From positions 24,055,360 through 24,119,359 of the forward strand of contig NC_043019.1 of assembly GCF_006345805.1 (NCBI RefSeq): a stretch of DNA of 64,000 nt. Reading direction: 5' to 3'. The DNA is from Octopus sinensis (lineage: Eukaryota). The notes under the pieces were generated by a model that was given only the letters and a program-made list of their open reading frames with translations, did not search any database and was not told the origin of the DNA. Shown here piece after piece: positions 1-11,572 of the stretch (the first letter of the stretch is position 1; each line of letters starts with the position of its first letter). Made by a program: the position numbers and the translations under genes.

Positions 1-269
1 TCTACCGATTGATAGTGGTGGGCCAAAATACTTATGACTAATTGCATTACTCTGTTTAGCAACCTATTGGTTGCCGAAAAATGTAAATACAGATTGACAC
101 ATCATGACTAAGAAGAACCAATGTTGTAACAGATCGCTACAAACTGATGCTGAGCCAAAGTTTGAAACAATTAAAGGTCATGAGGTGTCAGAAGCGTTAG
201 TGCGTTAAACAAAATGCTTAGAAGCATATCATCCTACATTTTATGTTCCAAGTTCAAATACCACCAAGG

Positions 270-356
270 TCAACTTTGCTTTTCCTCTTTCAGTGTTGAT
301 AAAACAAAGTAGCAAACAAATACTGGGGGTCGATGTAATCGACTTGACTCCTTCTC
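270..356 (+). mobile_element. tRNA-derived SINE family A, 3' fragment
   Basis: Degenerate match to the block ACTTTGCCTTTCATCC...GTCGATAAA...TACTGGGGTCGATGTAATCGACT that recurs many times in this window. Confidence 0.65.
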
Positions 357-506
357 TCAGCTTTTTGAGCTTCTGCTAAAATTGGAAACAATTATAAAAT
401 TTTTAAATAAAAACAGAAAGTATTTTTTCGGATTTTGAAACTCTTTACACAACATAACATATAAGTATGAAGGTTTGAGTTGTATGAATATGCATGCTTG
501 TATGTG

Positions 507-523
507 AGTGTATGTGTGTGTGT

Positions 524-564
<41 letters not shown>
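507..564. repeat. (GT)n microsatellite
   Basis: Direct reading. Confidence 0.95.
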
Positions 565-566
<2 letters not shown>

Positions 567-569
567 CAG

Positions 570-762
570 ACAGCAACCTGGCATAACCTTTAGCACGCTT
601 GGCAAAATGCTTCGCGGCATTTCAACTGTGTTTACATTTTGAGGTCCACTTTATCTTTCACCCTCTTGTGGTCGATAGAATAAGTACCAGTGGAGTACTG
701 GGGCTGATGAAATTGATTTACTTCCCCGCCAGAACGTGCTGACAGTGTGCCAACATTTGAAA
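570..762 (+). mobile_element. SINE family A, degenerate copy
   Basis: Head CTGGCATAACCTTTAGCACGC..AAATGCTT and body TTTCACCCTC..GGTCGATAGAATAAGTACCAG..TACTGGGG, homologous to the 2852-3252 and 16322-16520 copies. Confidence 0.7.
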
Positions 763-780
763 TCTATATAATATATAACT

Positions 781-1185
781 TTTACTTGTTGCAGTCATTA
801 GACTGAGGCCATGCTGAGGCACCACCTTGAGGAGTTTTTAACCGAATGAGTTGACCTCAGTATATATTTTTTTAAAATATAAATCCGGTTATTATTCTAT
901 CGGTTTCTTTGCTGAACAGCTAATTTACAGGGACATAAACACACGAACTCCGGTTGTCAAGCAGTTTTGGGTGACAAAACAGACACAAAAGCATACACAC
1001 AGATATATAAATACGACGGGCTTCTTTCAGTTTCCGCCTACCAAATCCACTCACAACGCTTTAGTCCGCTGGAGGCTATAACAGAAGACACTCACCCAAG
1101 ATGCTACTCAGTGCGACTGAAGTCGGAACTATTTGGTTGGGAAGCAAGCTTCTTAAAGCTTCTTACCACATAGCCACGCCCACAC
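781..1185 (-). mobile_element. tRNA-derived SINE family B
   Basis: Collinear with 8547-8919. Minus strand has a tRNA-like head (GGCGTGGCTATGTGG A box) and the 3' tail CAGCATGGCCTCAGTCTAATGACTGCAACAAGTAAA. Confidence 0.85.
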
Positions 1186-2074
1186 CCCACGTACATATAA
1201 AACTCAGCTAAAAGCGAAAATAGCAGCAACAATTTTCTGACACGAAAATGCTGTAAGGGAGTTAAGGACATTTAGACACGTGCCCATTTTCACTTGGTGA
1301 ACTGTGCTATAAATTATATGAAAATAGGAGTAAATTCGGTTTATATCTTAGATTGAATAATATCCACTTCTGTTTAACCGATGATGATGAGGGACAAAAA
1401 AAAAAAGAGAGAAAGAAAACTGTTCTTTTTGACAATCTTTTTTTGAGATCGTAAATCGAGATACTCCTGGTTTGTTATAACTGAAAATTCACATTTTTTA
1501 TCCGCACAAAGCGATTGTTGTGAACATTTTCTTTGATCAGAACATTGCTATAATAGTTTTTTTGTTATCGTGCTTCATTTATTTTTTCCGAGTGCGTGGG
1601 AAATCACAGATATTTTGAATAGAACTTATAAAAGAATCTGTATTCTATAAATTCCCCCTTACAATACACATAATACAAATGTAATTAAAGAATCATTAAT
1701 TTTGTTACTAATGTTATCATACTTGATACGCCCACAATCGTTTTTGTGTTAGTTTCTCATTCTTATTTCTGTTTGTAAGAGTTTGCAATCTGATCATAGA
1801 CTGAAGCTCTTGCCAAGGAATTTCACCTGAAACGTTTTCCTTTGGTAAAGCACAGATCATTGTAACTATAAACAGAACACACGTATAGTCTGTCATTGTT
1901 TCGAGTCGAATACGGTGGTTGATAGGATCTACTAAGCAATCACTTCAAAATTGCCGGTTTTGTGCTTAAGTTAAAAGTAGATATTGAAGAAACACAAAGT
2001 CGACCTTGATGAGATGTAAACTCGGAATGTAAAGAATAAAAAAAAAACAAGATCACAGGACATTTTTGGTATTT

Positions 2075-2375
2075 TTTGTGGTTCTTTACAGTCCGAGTTC
2101 AAATCCTGCCGAGGTTAACTTTGCCTTTCATCCATTGGAGATCTATAAAACAAAGTACCATTCATGTACGGGAGTCAAATAAATTGGCTAAACCCCTTCC
2201 CATAATATTGCTATTTCAGAAAAGAATTATGATCGATGGACTGGTGCTAGTGAATAGGAGGATATTAATTTTCCTTTATTTACCGTTGAGTTCGATATTG
2301 GCTTTAATCCTTCTAGGGTCGATAAAATAAAGCACCAGATAAGTACTGAAATCCATATAATCAAGTGTCCTCTCT
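2075..2375 (+). mobile_element. Two adjacent partial SINE family A copies
   Basis: GAGTTCAAATCCTGCCGAGGTTAACTTTGCCTTTCATCC near 2095 and a second TTTAATCCTTCTAGGGTCGATAAAATAAGCACCAG block near 2305. Confidence 0.7.
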
Positions 2376-2851
2376 TCCTATTAAAATCTGTGACTTGCAT
2401 CTACGTAAGAAAACATTCTTTATACTATATTCTCCATATCTAATTGTTTCCATTCGTTGCTTTTCGTTACATTTCATGTAAAACATCCACCGTTTCGTAA
2501 TCTGCCCTAGTAATGATTGATGATTGCGTTTTATAAGCCTTGTGAAAATAAATCCAAATAAATAGATCTTTAAATCCAATGTAATTTTTCTTTACATGTA
2601 TAAGCATAATTCTTTATAAAAAGACTGCTTTCAGAAATACGCACTAATTATTTAAGTAAACGTGGCTTAAACGTATATGTTCATATATAATTGTGATGCA
2701 AATACAAAAAGGTAATAGTAATTCCCTTATATTTTGCTTGTTGGGCCTAGGGGAAAGGAATAGTGCCACAAGATCGCTGAGAGAAAGACAAGCAAAAAGT
2801 CGACGTTCTAGGAAACCAGTCATTAGAACGGCCGGGTATATGGGAGCTAAG

Positions 2852-3252
2852 ATAAATTTTTCTCCTCTAGGCACAAGGCCCGAAATTTTTGGGGAGGGAG
2901 CCAGTTGATTAGATTGACCCCAGTACGCAAGTGGTACTTAATCTATCGACCCCGGAAGGATGAAAGGCAAAGTGGATCTCGTCGGAATTTGAACTCAGAA
3001 TGTAAAGACAGACAAAATACCTATTTCATTACTACCCACAAGGGGCTAAACACAGAGAGGACAAACAAGGACAGACAAACGGATTAAGTTGATTATATCG
3101 ACCCCAGTGCGTAACTGGTACTTAATTTATCGACCCCGAAAGGATGAAAGGCAAAGTCGACCTCGGCGGAATTTGAACTCGGAACGTAACGACATACGAA
3201 ATACGGCTACGCATTTCGCCCGTCGTGCTAACGTTTCTGCCAGCTCGCCGCC
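2852..3252 (-). mobile_element. SINE family A, internally duplicated copy with 13-bp target-site duplication
   Basis: TATGGGAGCTAAG at 2839-2851 and 3253-3265 flanks the insert; two internal GGATGAAAGGCAAAGT blocks; tRNA-like head GGCGAGCTGGCAGAAACGTTAGCACG on minus. Confidence 0.9.
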
Positions 3253-3524
3253 TATGGGAGCTAAGCTGTAACAATTGTAATGATAAAAAAGAGAGACCTG
3301 TGAGATGAGAGTGCTTGAGTCCAGCCAGCACAAACGCCATTATAGTATCAGCAGGAAAGGAATTGGAAGAAGACAACATGCATGTGGACCAGGGGTTGAA
3401 ACGCTGATGGTGACCGACTTTATGCTAATCAATCGGTCGGTTCCTTCGTAGATCCTGTCTAGGATTCCTGTATGTGTAATTGCACCACTGTCCCGGATAT
3501 AAGTGTAATGGTCCGTTGTGGCCA

Positions 3525-3850
3525 TCACTTGAGTTTCGTAAGAGTCTCAATAATTGGCCACCACTACCTGACTTCTATCGTTTAGAAAATCATGTAGCTA
3601 TTCTCCAAGTTTTCTAACTGCACCAAGATTACGCAGCTTGTGACAAATCATACCATGGTCGACTTTGTCAAAGGCTTTTGAAAAGTCGAGGTATATCACA
3701 TCCATATTTGAGTTGTTGAGCAACTGCTTTAGCACCCAGTCGTAATGTTGCAAGAGCTGTGTCAGTCAGCTATTACCTGGTCGGAAACTGTGTTGGGTGC
3801 CTGTCTCTTCAAGGAATGCAATTAATTTCCTTCGGACTATTCGTTGCAGG
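3525..3850 (-). mobile_element. Non-LTR retrotransposon RT core fragment (CR1/L2/Jockey-type), decayed
   Basis: Minus translation RIVRRKLIAFLEE..QHSFRPGNS*LTQLLQHYDW...DVIYLDFSKAFDKVDHGMICHKLRNLG, containing the typical RT motif DFSKAFD. Confidence 0.85.
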
Positions 3851-3899
3851 ACTCAGGCTTCTCTGTCTGCTCTTTCCTTCTCAAAGGAGTGCTTCAGTT

Positions 3900-4240
3900 G
3901 TTTCTCAATCCCAACACTGCCATCAGGATACAGGACCAAATGCTGCAACAACTTGGGCTTCAAGGGCCCACAGCTCTTCGGTATCGCCCCACAAAACCTG
4001 AGAGACCTGTACGACGTGTATGTTGGCGTTTTCAAAACAAAACTGGATCTCCTTCTGTCAAGACTTCCAGATGAACCTACCGTAAGGCAAGAAATACAGG
4101 TTAGGACAGCAACGTTAAACTCCCTCATCCGATAAATGTCACACATCAAAGGAGGTTTAGTGAAAGTGTACCAAAGCAAATGATAGTAGCCCAGTATGGC
4201 CGCAGTCCTCGGACTGGAACTAAAAAAGAAAGAAAGAAAG
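3900..4240 (+). mobile_element. 3' end of CR1/L2/Jockey-type LINE (ORF2 C-terminus, 3' UTR, (AAAG)n tail)
   Basis: GFKGPQLF..PQNLRD....FKTKLDLLLSRLPDEP...NSL resembles the usual ORF2 C-terminus; followed by GCCCAGTATGGCCGCAGTC and AAAAAAGAAAGAAAG. Confidence 0.75.
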
Positions 4241-4637
4241 AATATCTCCCTCTTGTATTCCTAGCCTTTCCCCTTCCCCTTCATCCACTTCCCTCTTCTT
4301 TTCTCTGTCGCTCCTTCTCCTTGGTGTCTTTCTTCTCTGCCAGCTACTGTCACGTGACCAGCGGCCTTTCTTAGACTGGTCCCTTAGCTGACCAGTCGCA
4401 AATTCTGTCTCTCCGTCCTCCATCCTTCAACACATTATCTAAGTGTTACCCACTATTCTCGTCTCCTTGGCCCTAAGACTATAATTTAGCCGACTGTTTG
4501 ACCTCGTCCACCGTCCGAAATCACACTCTGTGTCGTTTTGCTTGCTTTGTTTGTTCTTGTCCCTAATTCTACGCAAGAAAACTTTTTGCGTGTGTATGTA
4601 TATAAAAATATAATATATATATATATATATATATATA

Positions 4638-5557
4638 CTAGCATTAAAGACCCGTCGTTGCCGGGTCATAGTGCTAGTGCATGTATATATGTGTATAGAT
4701 ATGTGTACATATTACATGTACATCTATATATATACATCTACACATAAAATACAAAATACAAAGCTATATCTTGATATCGCTAGTGATAACAATACTCAAA
4801 ATATATAACAGACTGGAATTGTTAGCCCGTCTCTTGTAATTTCGATCAATTGTATCTTGTCCTCCCTCTTGTAGTGTGGCTACAATCCAGCCTACCTCTA
4901 CTTCGGGGGGGGGGAGCATTAAACATTTTTTCCGGGACGTCCTACGTCCCAGATATAAAGGTAAAAATAAAATATTTCCACTTTGCAAGTTCGAGTCGAG
5001 TACTCCCTTTCCACCAAGAAGGTGCTTTCCTCCATGTGTTCAAATCTTCTTTTTTTCTCTACATTGTATACTTTATAGACAATAGTCTTTTCTTTAATTT
5101 AATTTTTTATTATCCATCTGGACTATTCCATTTCTGCACGCTAATTTTATTTTTAATTTATACCCAATCTTGTAAAACCACTTATTCAAGTTCAAGTCAT
5201 TGATGCAATTTTATACTAATTGCTATTTTTACTTTTTTTATGTTACGATTATATTATACTTTAGTTTGATTTTAATTATTACTTACTACATATAATTCAA
5301 TTGTTATTATTGTTTTTATTGTTAAAGTGAAAGTATCTGACATAAAATAGAGACGTAATACTGAAATAGTGGAGAAGATATGATATTGCTATGGGCTCGC
5401 TCTAGGCAAGAAGTTGAACATCTTTTTTGCCCATGAAACTACACGTAAAGCATGTATAAAATTTGAATGAAATTGGTTGTGTAGTTCTCAAGTTTTAGGG
5501 AAACACACAGACAGACAGACAGACAGACACACATTCTCAGTTTTATATATATAAAGA
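4638..5557 (-). mobile_element. Non-autonomous Helitron (~920 bp)
   Basis: Minus strand starts TC at 5557, followed by TTTATATATATAAAAC and (CTGT)n; ends in hairpin GACCCG-N7-CGGGTC (4649-4667) then CTAG (4638-4641); sits at an A|T site inside (TA)n. Confidence 0.8.
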
Positions 5558-5699
5558 TATATATATATATATATATATATAGGTACAATAAATTCAGGGT
5601 GAATACTTGATAAGTGTAAGCACCTGTATATGCCAGCTAGTAGCAGAGGTGAGAGGGTATATGCATCAAATGAAATAAAAAGCAGAACACAAAGGATGT

Positions 5700-5793
5700 C
5701 GCGGTACACGTGTTTCAAGCTTTATAAAACAACCTATTCTTACATCAATGTATAATCGACATAACAGATGGTTTAAAGCTCTCTTCAGCCGCA
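5700..5793 (-). ncRNA. Type I hammerhead ribozyme, apparently intact
   Basis: Minus: GCGG-CUGAAGA(5788-5782)-helix II GAGCUUUA..UAAAGCUU with long insert-GAAA(5716-5713)-C-ACGU-GUA(5707-5705)-CCGC. Helix I GCGG/CCGC; palindromic helix III ACACGUGU. Confidence 0.75.
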
Positions 5794-6002
5794 CGCAATT
5801 GCTATATCAAAGACTTACATCACATTATGAAAAGTCCGAAAATGTACATTTAGTATTATCTATAATCGTGGGTATATAATCCGAAACTGTACATTTGGTA
5901 TTATCTATAATGGTGGGTATATACCCACCATTATAGATAATACCAAATGTACAGTTTCGGATTTTTCATAATGTGATGTAAGGCTTTGATATAGCAATTG
6001 CA

Positions 6003-6096
6003 TGCAGCTGAAGAGAGCTTTAAACCATCTGTTATGTCGATTATACATTGATGTAAGAATAGATTGTTTTATAAAGCTTGAAACACGTGTACCACG
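6003..6096 (+). ncRNA. Hammerhead ribozyme mirror copy with disrupted helix I
   Basis: CTGAAGA 6008-6014, GAAA 6080-6083, GTA 6089-6091 intact; helix I reads GCAG/CCAC instead of GCGG/CCGC. Confidence 0.6.
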
Positions 6097-6689
6097 ACAT
6101 CCTTTGTGTTCTGCTTTTTATTTCATTTGATGCATATATATATATAAATGAAGGGTGTAAAATGGCACCGTCGATTGTTAAAAATGAGAGTCAGAATTTA
6201 ACTCTAAAAGCCACAAAAGACTCTAACCTCATTATATTTACAGGAAGCGGGCACAGCAAGCTAAACGAACTTTCGTTTGTGAGATAAACTCACAGAAAGA
6301 AAAAGTTGGACAAAGCCTTGTAACGTGATTTCGAAATTTAACCAGTATGGTCTTCTTTCTCGTTAGAGGCATCCACCAACTACCCAGGGTTAAAGAGATA
6401 GGTTGCCTCATTGTAGTTCATGAGAAGAGAAAAATCGCGGATATCTCTGACGAGGAACGAGACCCTACTGAAAAGGTGGGATTTTCGGGCAAAAATATAG
6501 ATCAGCGAACACCAACTTTACAGATACAATGTGTAAGTAAAGCAGCTAAAACTTGCAGAACTTTTCTAAAGCTCTACCTGTTATAATTTTTGCTGTTATT
6601 CAAGTTCGAATGATGGAACCTTTTTGTCTTTGTTTGAAATCAGCTCCTTCATTCTAAGAAGACTTCCAATTAATAAAATTGTAAAGACT

Positions 6690-6690
6690 T

Positions 6691-6754
<64 letters not shown>

Positions 6755-6802
6755 ACACACACACAAGCATGCACATACATACTTACATATGTTGTGTGTG
6801 TG

Positions 6803-6852
<50 letters not shown>
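6690..6852. repeat. (CA)n/(CT)n compound microsatellite
   Basis: Direct reading. Confidence 0.9.
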
Positions 6853-8382
6853 TGTATGTGTGTGTGTACTTGAATGTTATTCAGAACATTCATATTTTAT
6901 CTAATGCATATAAAGCTACAATACGAAGATATTATTTCACTTCAATTGCACGAGCCTGCTGAAACTTGTTCAATTCGACATTTTGTTGAAAGACCATCTG
7001 AACGCTGATCAAAGATATTTCAACTAACGTAGATCAAAGACATTTCATCGACTCAATTAAAAATGATTTCTCGAAACAATATGTTCTTTTGATTCTCAGT
7101 TCCTGAGTGCAACCTACAAATGTTATTTTGTATGAATAATCTTTTAAAAATATTTTTACTGTTCACAATGAAATATAATAAACAAGCCAAAACAAAATGA
7201 AAACAATATGAAATATACAATATTGATATTCATATGCTTTAAAAGGCAGCTAACATAATATTTATTTATGAACCTTTTATTATTTATTCCCAATATTGAT
7301 TACTTACATTGACACAACAGATCAGACTTTATATGCGATGTAGAATTAGAGCGGGAAACATTTACGCCTTTGTCAAAGCGTTAACAGAGTAAGTGAAGTG
7401 AAACAACTCATAGCAAAAATCGAATGTAACTAACGAATCAGGCTCGTCGGAAGTTCAATTCTATTATATAGTTCGGAGTATTACATTTATTCCAACTGGA
7501 AAATAAAAATAACCTATTTAGTTTGAAGTTTCTAATTCAGCTATCTACAGAACCAAGTCACAAGGTGGATAGTATTTAATGTATCAATAGCCAACAGTTT
7601 TGCTAGGATTGCGATTAAAACTTATTGAAAACAAAATATTGTATATGCCGCCTGCCTGAACTGTGTTCCTTATAATTCAGTTTCATTCGTTGCAGTTCAC
7701 CGTGAGATTTACGTGCCTCAGAAAAAGATATAGACATTCTATAATCCCATTCTCTCTCTACGAAAATAAGACCGGAAATCAATGTGAAAAAAATCAATAG
7801 TATAGAAGGCAACACAAATTCAATGACGATTGTGAAACCTCAATTTTTCCATTACTTGTGTGCACAAAGCCGGACATTGTCTCAGAAAAGAAACGTGGAT
7901 AGTATCAAATTCATTTTTAAAACCATTTCATTGGAGTACCTAATATATTTTAGTTAAAATACTGCACTTGATAATCTTCATTTTTTTCTATAATGCCCAA
8001 AACTCTTACCGTACAGTCCAATTACAGCGCAGCTTCATTACGACAAAATGGGACAGACGACCACTTATTAGCTTATAAATATAGTCGTAAATTATATATG
8101 TATATATAACTCCAAGCTCTCCTGGAGTAAAGAAGGCATGTCAGTAAAGAGGTAACAAATGACGTCGAAAGGACTAACTTACTGAGTAAGCAAATGGTTA
8201 CCGAAACAATCGATTTGTTAGTATTAAAAAAAATTAACCAATTAACGAATAATAAAGCATTGAAATTGAACCTGTGCGTGTGTTTATTATTGGCATAATG
8301 AATCTCTTGATATATAAAAAGATTGGTTTCAACACACGAATTCACATCATGAATCTTGCAAACTAAATACAAAACCGAAACA

Positions 8383-8535
8383 TACATACGTACATACATA
8401 CATACATACATACAACATACATACATACATACATACATACATACATACATACATACATACATGCATACCTACATACATACATACATACATACATACATGC
8501 ATACATACATACATACATGCATGCATACATGCATG
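8383..8535. repeat. (TACA)n microsatellite
   Basis: Direct reading. Confidence 0.95.
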
Positions 8536-8546
8536 TGTACATATTA

Positions 8547-8919
8547 TTTTTTTGCTTCAGTCATTTGACTGCGTCCATGCTGGAGCACCCTTATTGAAGG
8601 GCTTTCGTTGAACAGTCGATACCAGGCCTTATTTTTAAAGCCTTGTACTAATTTTATCGGTCTCTTTTACCGAACTGCTAATTTACGGAGACGTAAACAC
8701 ACCAACACCGAGTCAAGCGGTGAAAGAGATACACACACACATGCAAACATATATACGACGGGCTTCTTCCAGTTTCCGTCAGCCAAATCCACACACAAGT
8801 CTTTGGTCATCCCGAGACTATAGTAGAAGACACTTGCCCAAGGTACCACGCAGTGGGACTGAACCCAGAACTATGATGTTGGGAAGCAAGCATTTTACCA
8901 CACAACCACGCCTGCGCCT
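8547..8919 (-). mobile_element. tRNA-derived SINE family B
   Basis: Minus head GGCGCAGGCGTGGTTGTGTGG (A box)...GGTTCAGTCCC (B box), CCTTGGGCAAG motif, 3' tail CCAGCATGGACGCAGTCAAATGACTGAAGC. Confidence 0.88.
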
Positions 8920-9099
8920 CCCCGCAGTCATGAGTACAGTGGATATTGTGAGCACAGTTAGACATACGGCTGATACTGGAGAATTTAGAGCTATCAGCAT
9001 CCAGTGTACTTCTGGTAGTTAGTAATATTGTCGATTATGTTATACAGAGCAAATGCAGGAAAAATATGATAAACACAATACGCAATTAATGCCATTTGT

Positions 9100-10610
9100 T
9101 CACTATGCACGTTTCACGTATAAGTGTGTTTGTATCCTCTGCAAATGTCTATCATTTCATCTGCATTTACACCCATGTCTCTTGAGGCATTTTGCAGCAG
9201 GTCTTCATCACTATCTATCAAATACTCATCAAACGTTCTCCTTTCACTCCTTATACAATGGTCTATACTAATTAATCCTCTGCCACCATTCTTTCTTTTC
9301 GTATACAATCTGTTTACGTTTGCTTTAGGGTGTAGCGCCCCATGCAGCGTCATCAACTTTCCCGTCCTTTTATCCAGTGTTGATATTTCCTCCTTAGTCC
9401 CTTTTGAGGATGGATGCACTATATCTGGCCACGGCACCTGCCCAGATATTCATTGCTGTAATCAAATTTTTGGCAATAAGGTTGGATTTCAACGCCTTTT
9501 TTCCCCTTTTTCGATACGCCTCGCTGACCTTGACTTCTATTTCTCTGTGTAGAATGTCATCAAGCTCCAAAATCCCTAAATACCTATACCCACTACCGTC
9601 GGGTTGACCCATGGTCTGTCTTGATGGTAACCGCAATCCTCTGCAGGTTGATTTCTTACTTCTTTTCATATTAAGTACTGAGCATTTGGTGATCCCAAAT
9701 TCCATACCGATGTCCCTACCACTCTTCATAACTGTTTTGGTTAAGGAATCTATCTGTTTTTCAGATTTCCAAAACAATTTCAGGTCATTCATAAACAGAA
9801 GATGGTTCAAAGATGGGCCTTTCTTCCTACATCGGTAACCCATCTTAACTTTCCTGTCATTATAATGGTTATTAGTGTCATTATAATGGGTATTAGTGCA
9901 ATTGCAAAATGTAACGGAGAAAAAGAGTCTCCTTGGAAGATTACCCTTTTAATATTAACTTCTCCAAGGAATACACTACATGAGTACAATTTGGTTTTCG
10001 ACTCTCTCATGCTATGAAAATTTTCAAGAGTTCTCGGGGTACCAAAAATCACCTGGTCATTGATAAAACTGTTTTGAGACATTGTAAAAAACATCATACA
10101 AACATGTCTATGGCTTGGATTGGAGGCGCAATGGCCCAGTGGTTAGGGCAGCGGACTCGCGGTCGTAGGATCGCGGTTTCGATTCCCAGACCGGGCGTTG
10201 TGAGTGTTTATTGAGCGAAAACACCTAAAGCTCCACGCGGCTCCGGCAGGGATGGTGGTGACCCCTGCTATACTCTTTCACCACAACTTTCTCTCACTCT
10301 TACTTCCTGTTTCTGTTGTACCTGTATTTCAAAGGGCTGGCCTTGTCACTCTCTGTGTCACGCTGAATATCCCCGAGAACTACGTTAAGGGTACAAGTGT
10401 CTGTGGAGTGCTCAGCCACTTACACGTTAATTTCACGAGCAGGCTGTTCCGTTGATCGGATCAACCGGAACCCTCGTCGTCGTAACCGACGGAGTGCTTC
10501 CATGGCTTGGATTGACTTTAAGAAGTCATTTGATATGGTGCCTCATTCTTGGATCACTGAATGCCTACAGATATTTGGTGTTGCTCACAACATCACAAAT
10601 TTTTATTGTT
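9100..10610 (-). mobile_element. R4/Dong-type (RLE) non-LTR retrotransposon RT region with internal inversion
   Basis: Minus 9100-10025: GEVNIKR.IFQGDSFSPL, NHLLFMNDLKLF, YRYLG, HGALHPKANVNRLYTKRKNGGRGL. Plus 10025-10610: GTKNHLVIDK..., AWIDFKKSFDMVPHSWI. Confidence 0.9.
10123..10501 (+). mobile_element. Young tRNA-derived SINE family C with 13-bp TSD
   Basis: A box TGGCCCAGTGG, B box GGTTTCGATTCC, CpG-rich; ATGGCTTGGATTG duplicated at 10110-10122 and 10502-10514. Confidence 0.92.
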
Positions 10611-10624
10611 ATTGTTGTTGTTGT

Positions 10625-10755
10625 TGGTCGACTTTGCCTTTCATCCTTTCGAGGTCGATAAATTAAGTACCAGTAAAACACTGGGGTTGATGTAATCGAC
10701 TAGTCCCCTCCACTAAGATTTCAGGCCTTATGCCTTTATTGGAAAAGATTATTAT
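10625..10755 (+). mobile_element. SINE family A, 3' half
   Basis: GGTCGACTTTGCCTTTCATCCTTTCGAGGTCGATAAATTAAGTACCAG...GATGTAATCGACTAGTCCCC. Confidence 0.85.
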
Positions 10756-10759
10756 TATT

Positions 10760-11512
10760 TTCAGATCTAACATACTCAGCTTATTGCTGGAGCTGTCTTT
10801 ACTATGCCAGCTGTTCACTTCCTGTGATCTAAGGTGGTAATTCCTGTTCAAGTTTCCAGAAATTATTGGAGACTCTATGCACAGCGAAGTAATGCTATTT
10901 TATGGATATGTTCTATTTTCGTTTTAATTTCCGTCACTTCCAACCAATCTTTCTTTTTTATTTGTTTACACACTGTACTCAAGGTATCATCAATTATTGG
11001 AACAGTATACACTCATTCCACTGACCACAGGTTTTCTCTTATTTTTTCTCATAAGGTGTAGCCTGTCAACGTCACTTTAAGAGTTGAATGCACCGAGTAT
11101 TGGCAGTAGTTTTCTTGTTTTCTAATCCAAGGATTGCATTTCCTTTGTTCACCATTGTGGCACTCCTGTCCATATCTCAAGTGAGCAATTGCCCATGAAT
11201 TTATTGATTCGAACTTAATTCTTCCATTCAATTTAGTTTTCAAAATCAGCTTCAGCCTTCTGTAATACACCCGATAAAGTATCTTGATGCCTTTCCATCA
11301 ATTTACCTACTTCCTATATGCCCAGATACCTGAACTCTTACTTGCATATTTTCTTGCTCCTGTGGGCAACTTCTAACCATCCGTTTGTTGAACACTGCCT
11401 CTTCACACTTTCGCAGTTCAAACTCTATTCTAATGTTCGTGTTGAAGCAATGCACTGTTTGAATCAGTGAATTAAGCTGGTTTTATTTTTCTTATAGGCC
11501 GCCTATAAAAAA

Positions 11513-11572
<60 letters not shown>

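Larger units (their letters stand above)
5658..6138. repeat. Spacer-less palindrome (fold-back element) carrying hammerhead motifs; putative Penelope-like/retrozyme derivative
   Basis: Arms pair around centre GGGTAT|ATACCC (5920/5921); left arm has a 45-bp tandem duplication (5835-5879); only a few arm mismatches. Confidence 0.9.

Noticed and set aside
1801-1840. CTGAAGC...GAAACGTT
   Set aside because: Core mismatch and no helix II pairing
6447-6480. CTGACGA...GAAA
   Set aside because: No convincing helix II, III or I
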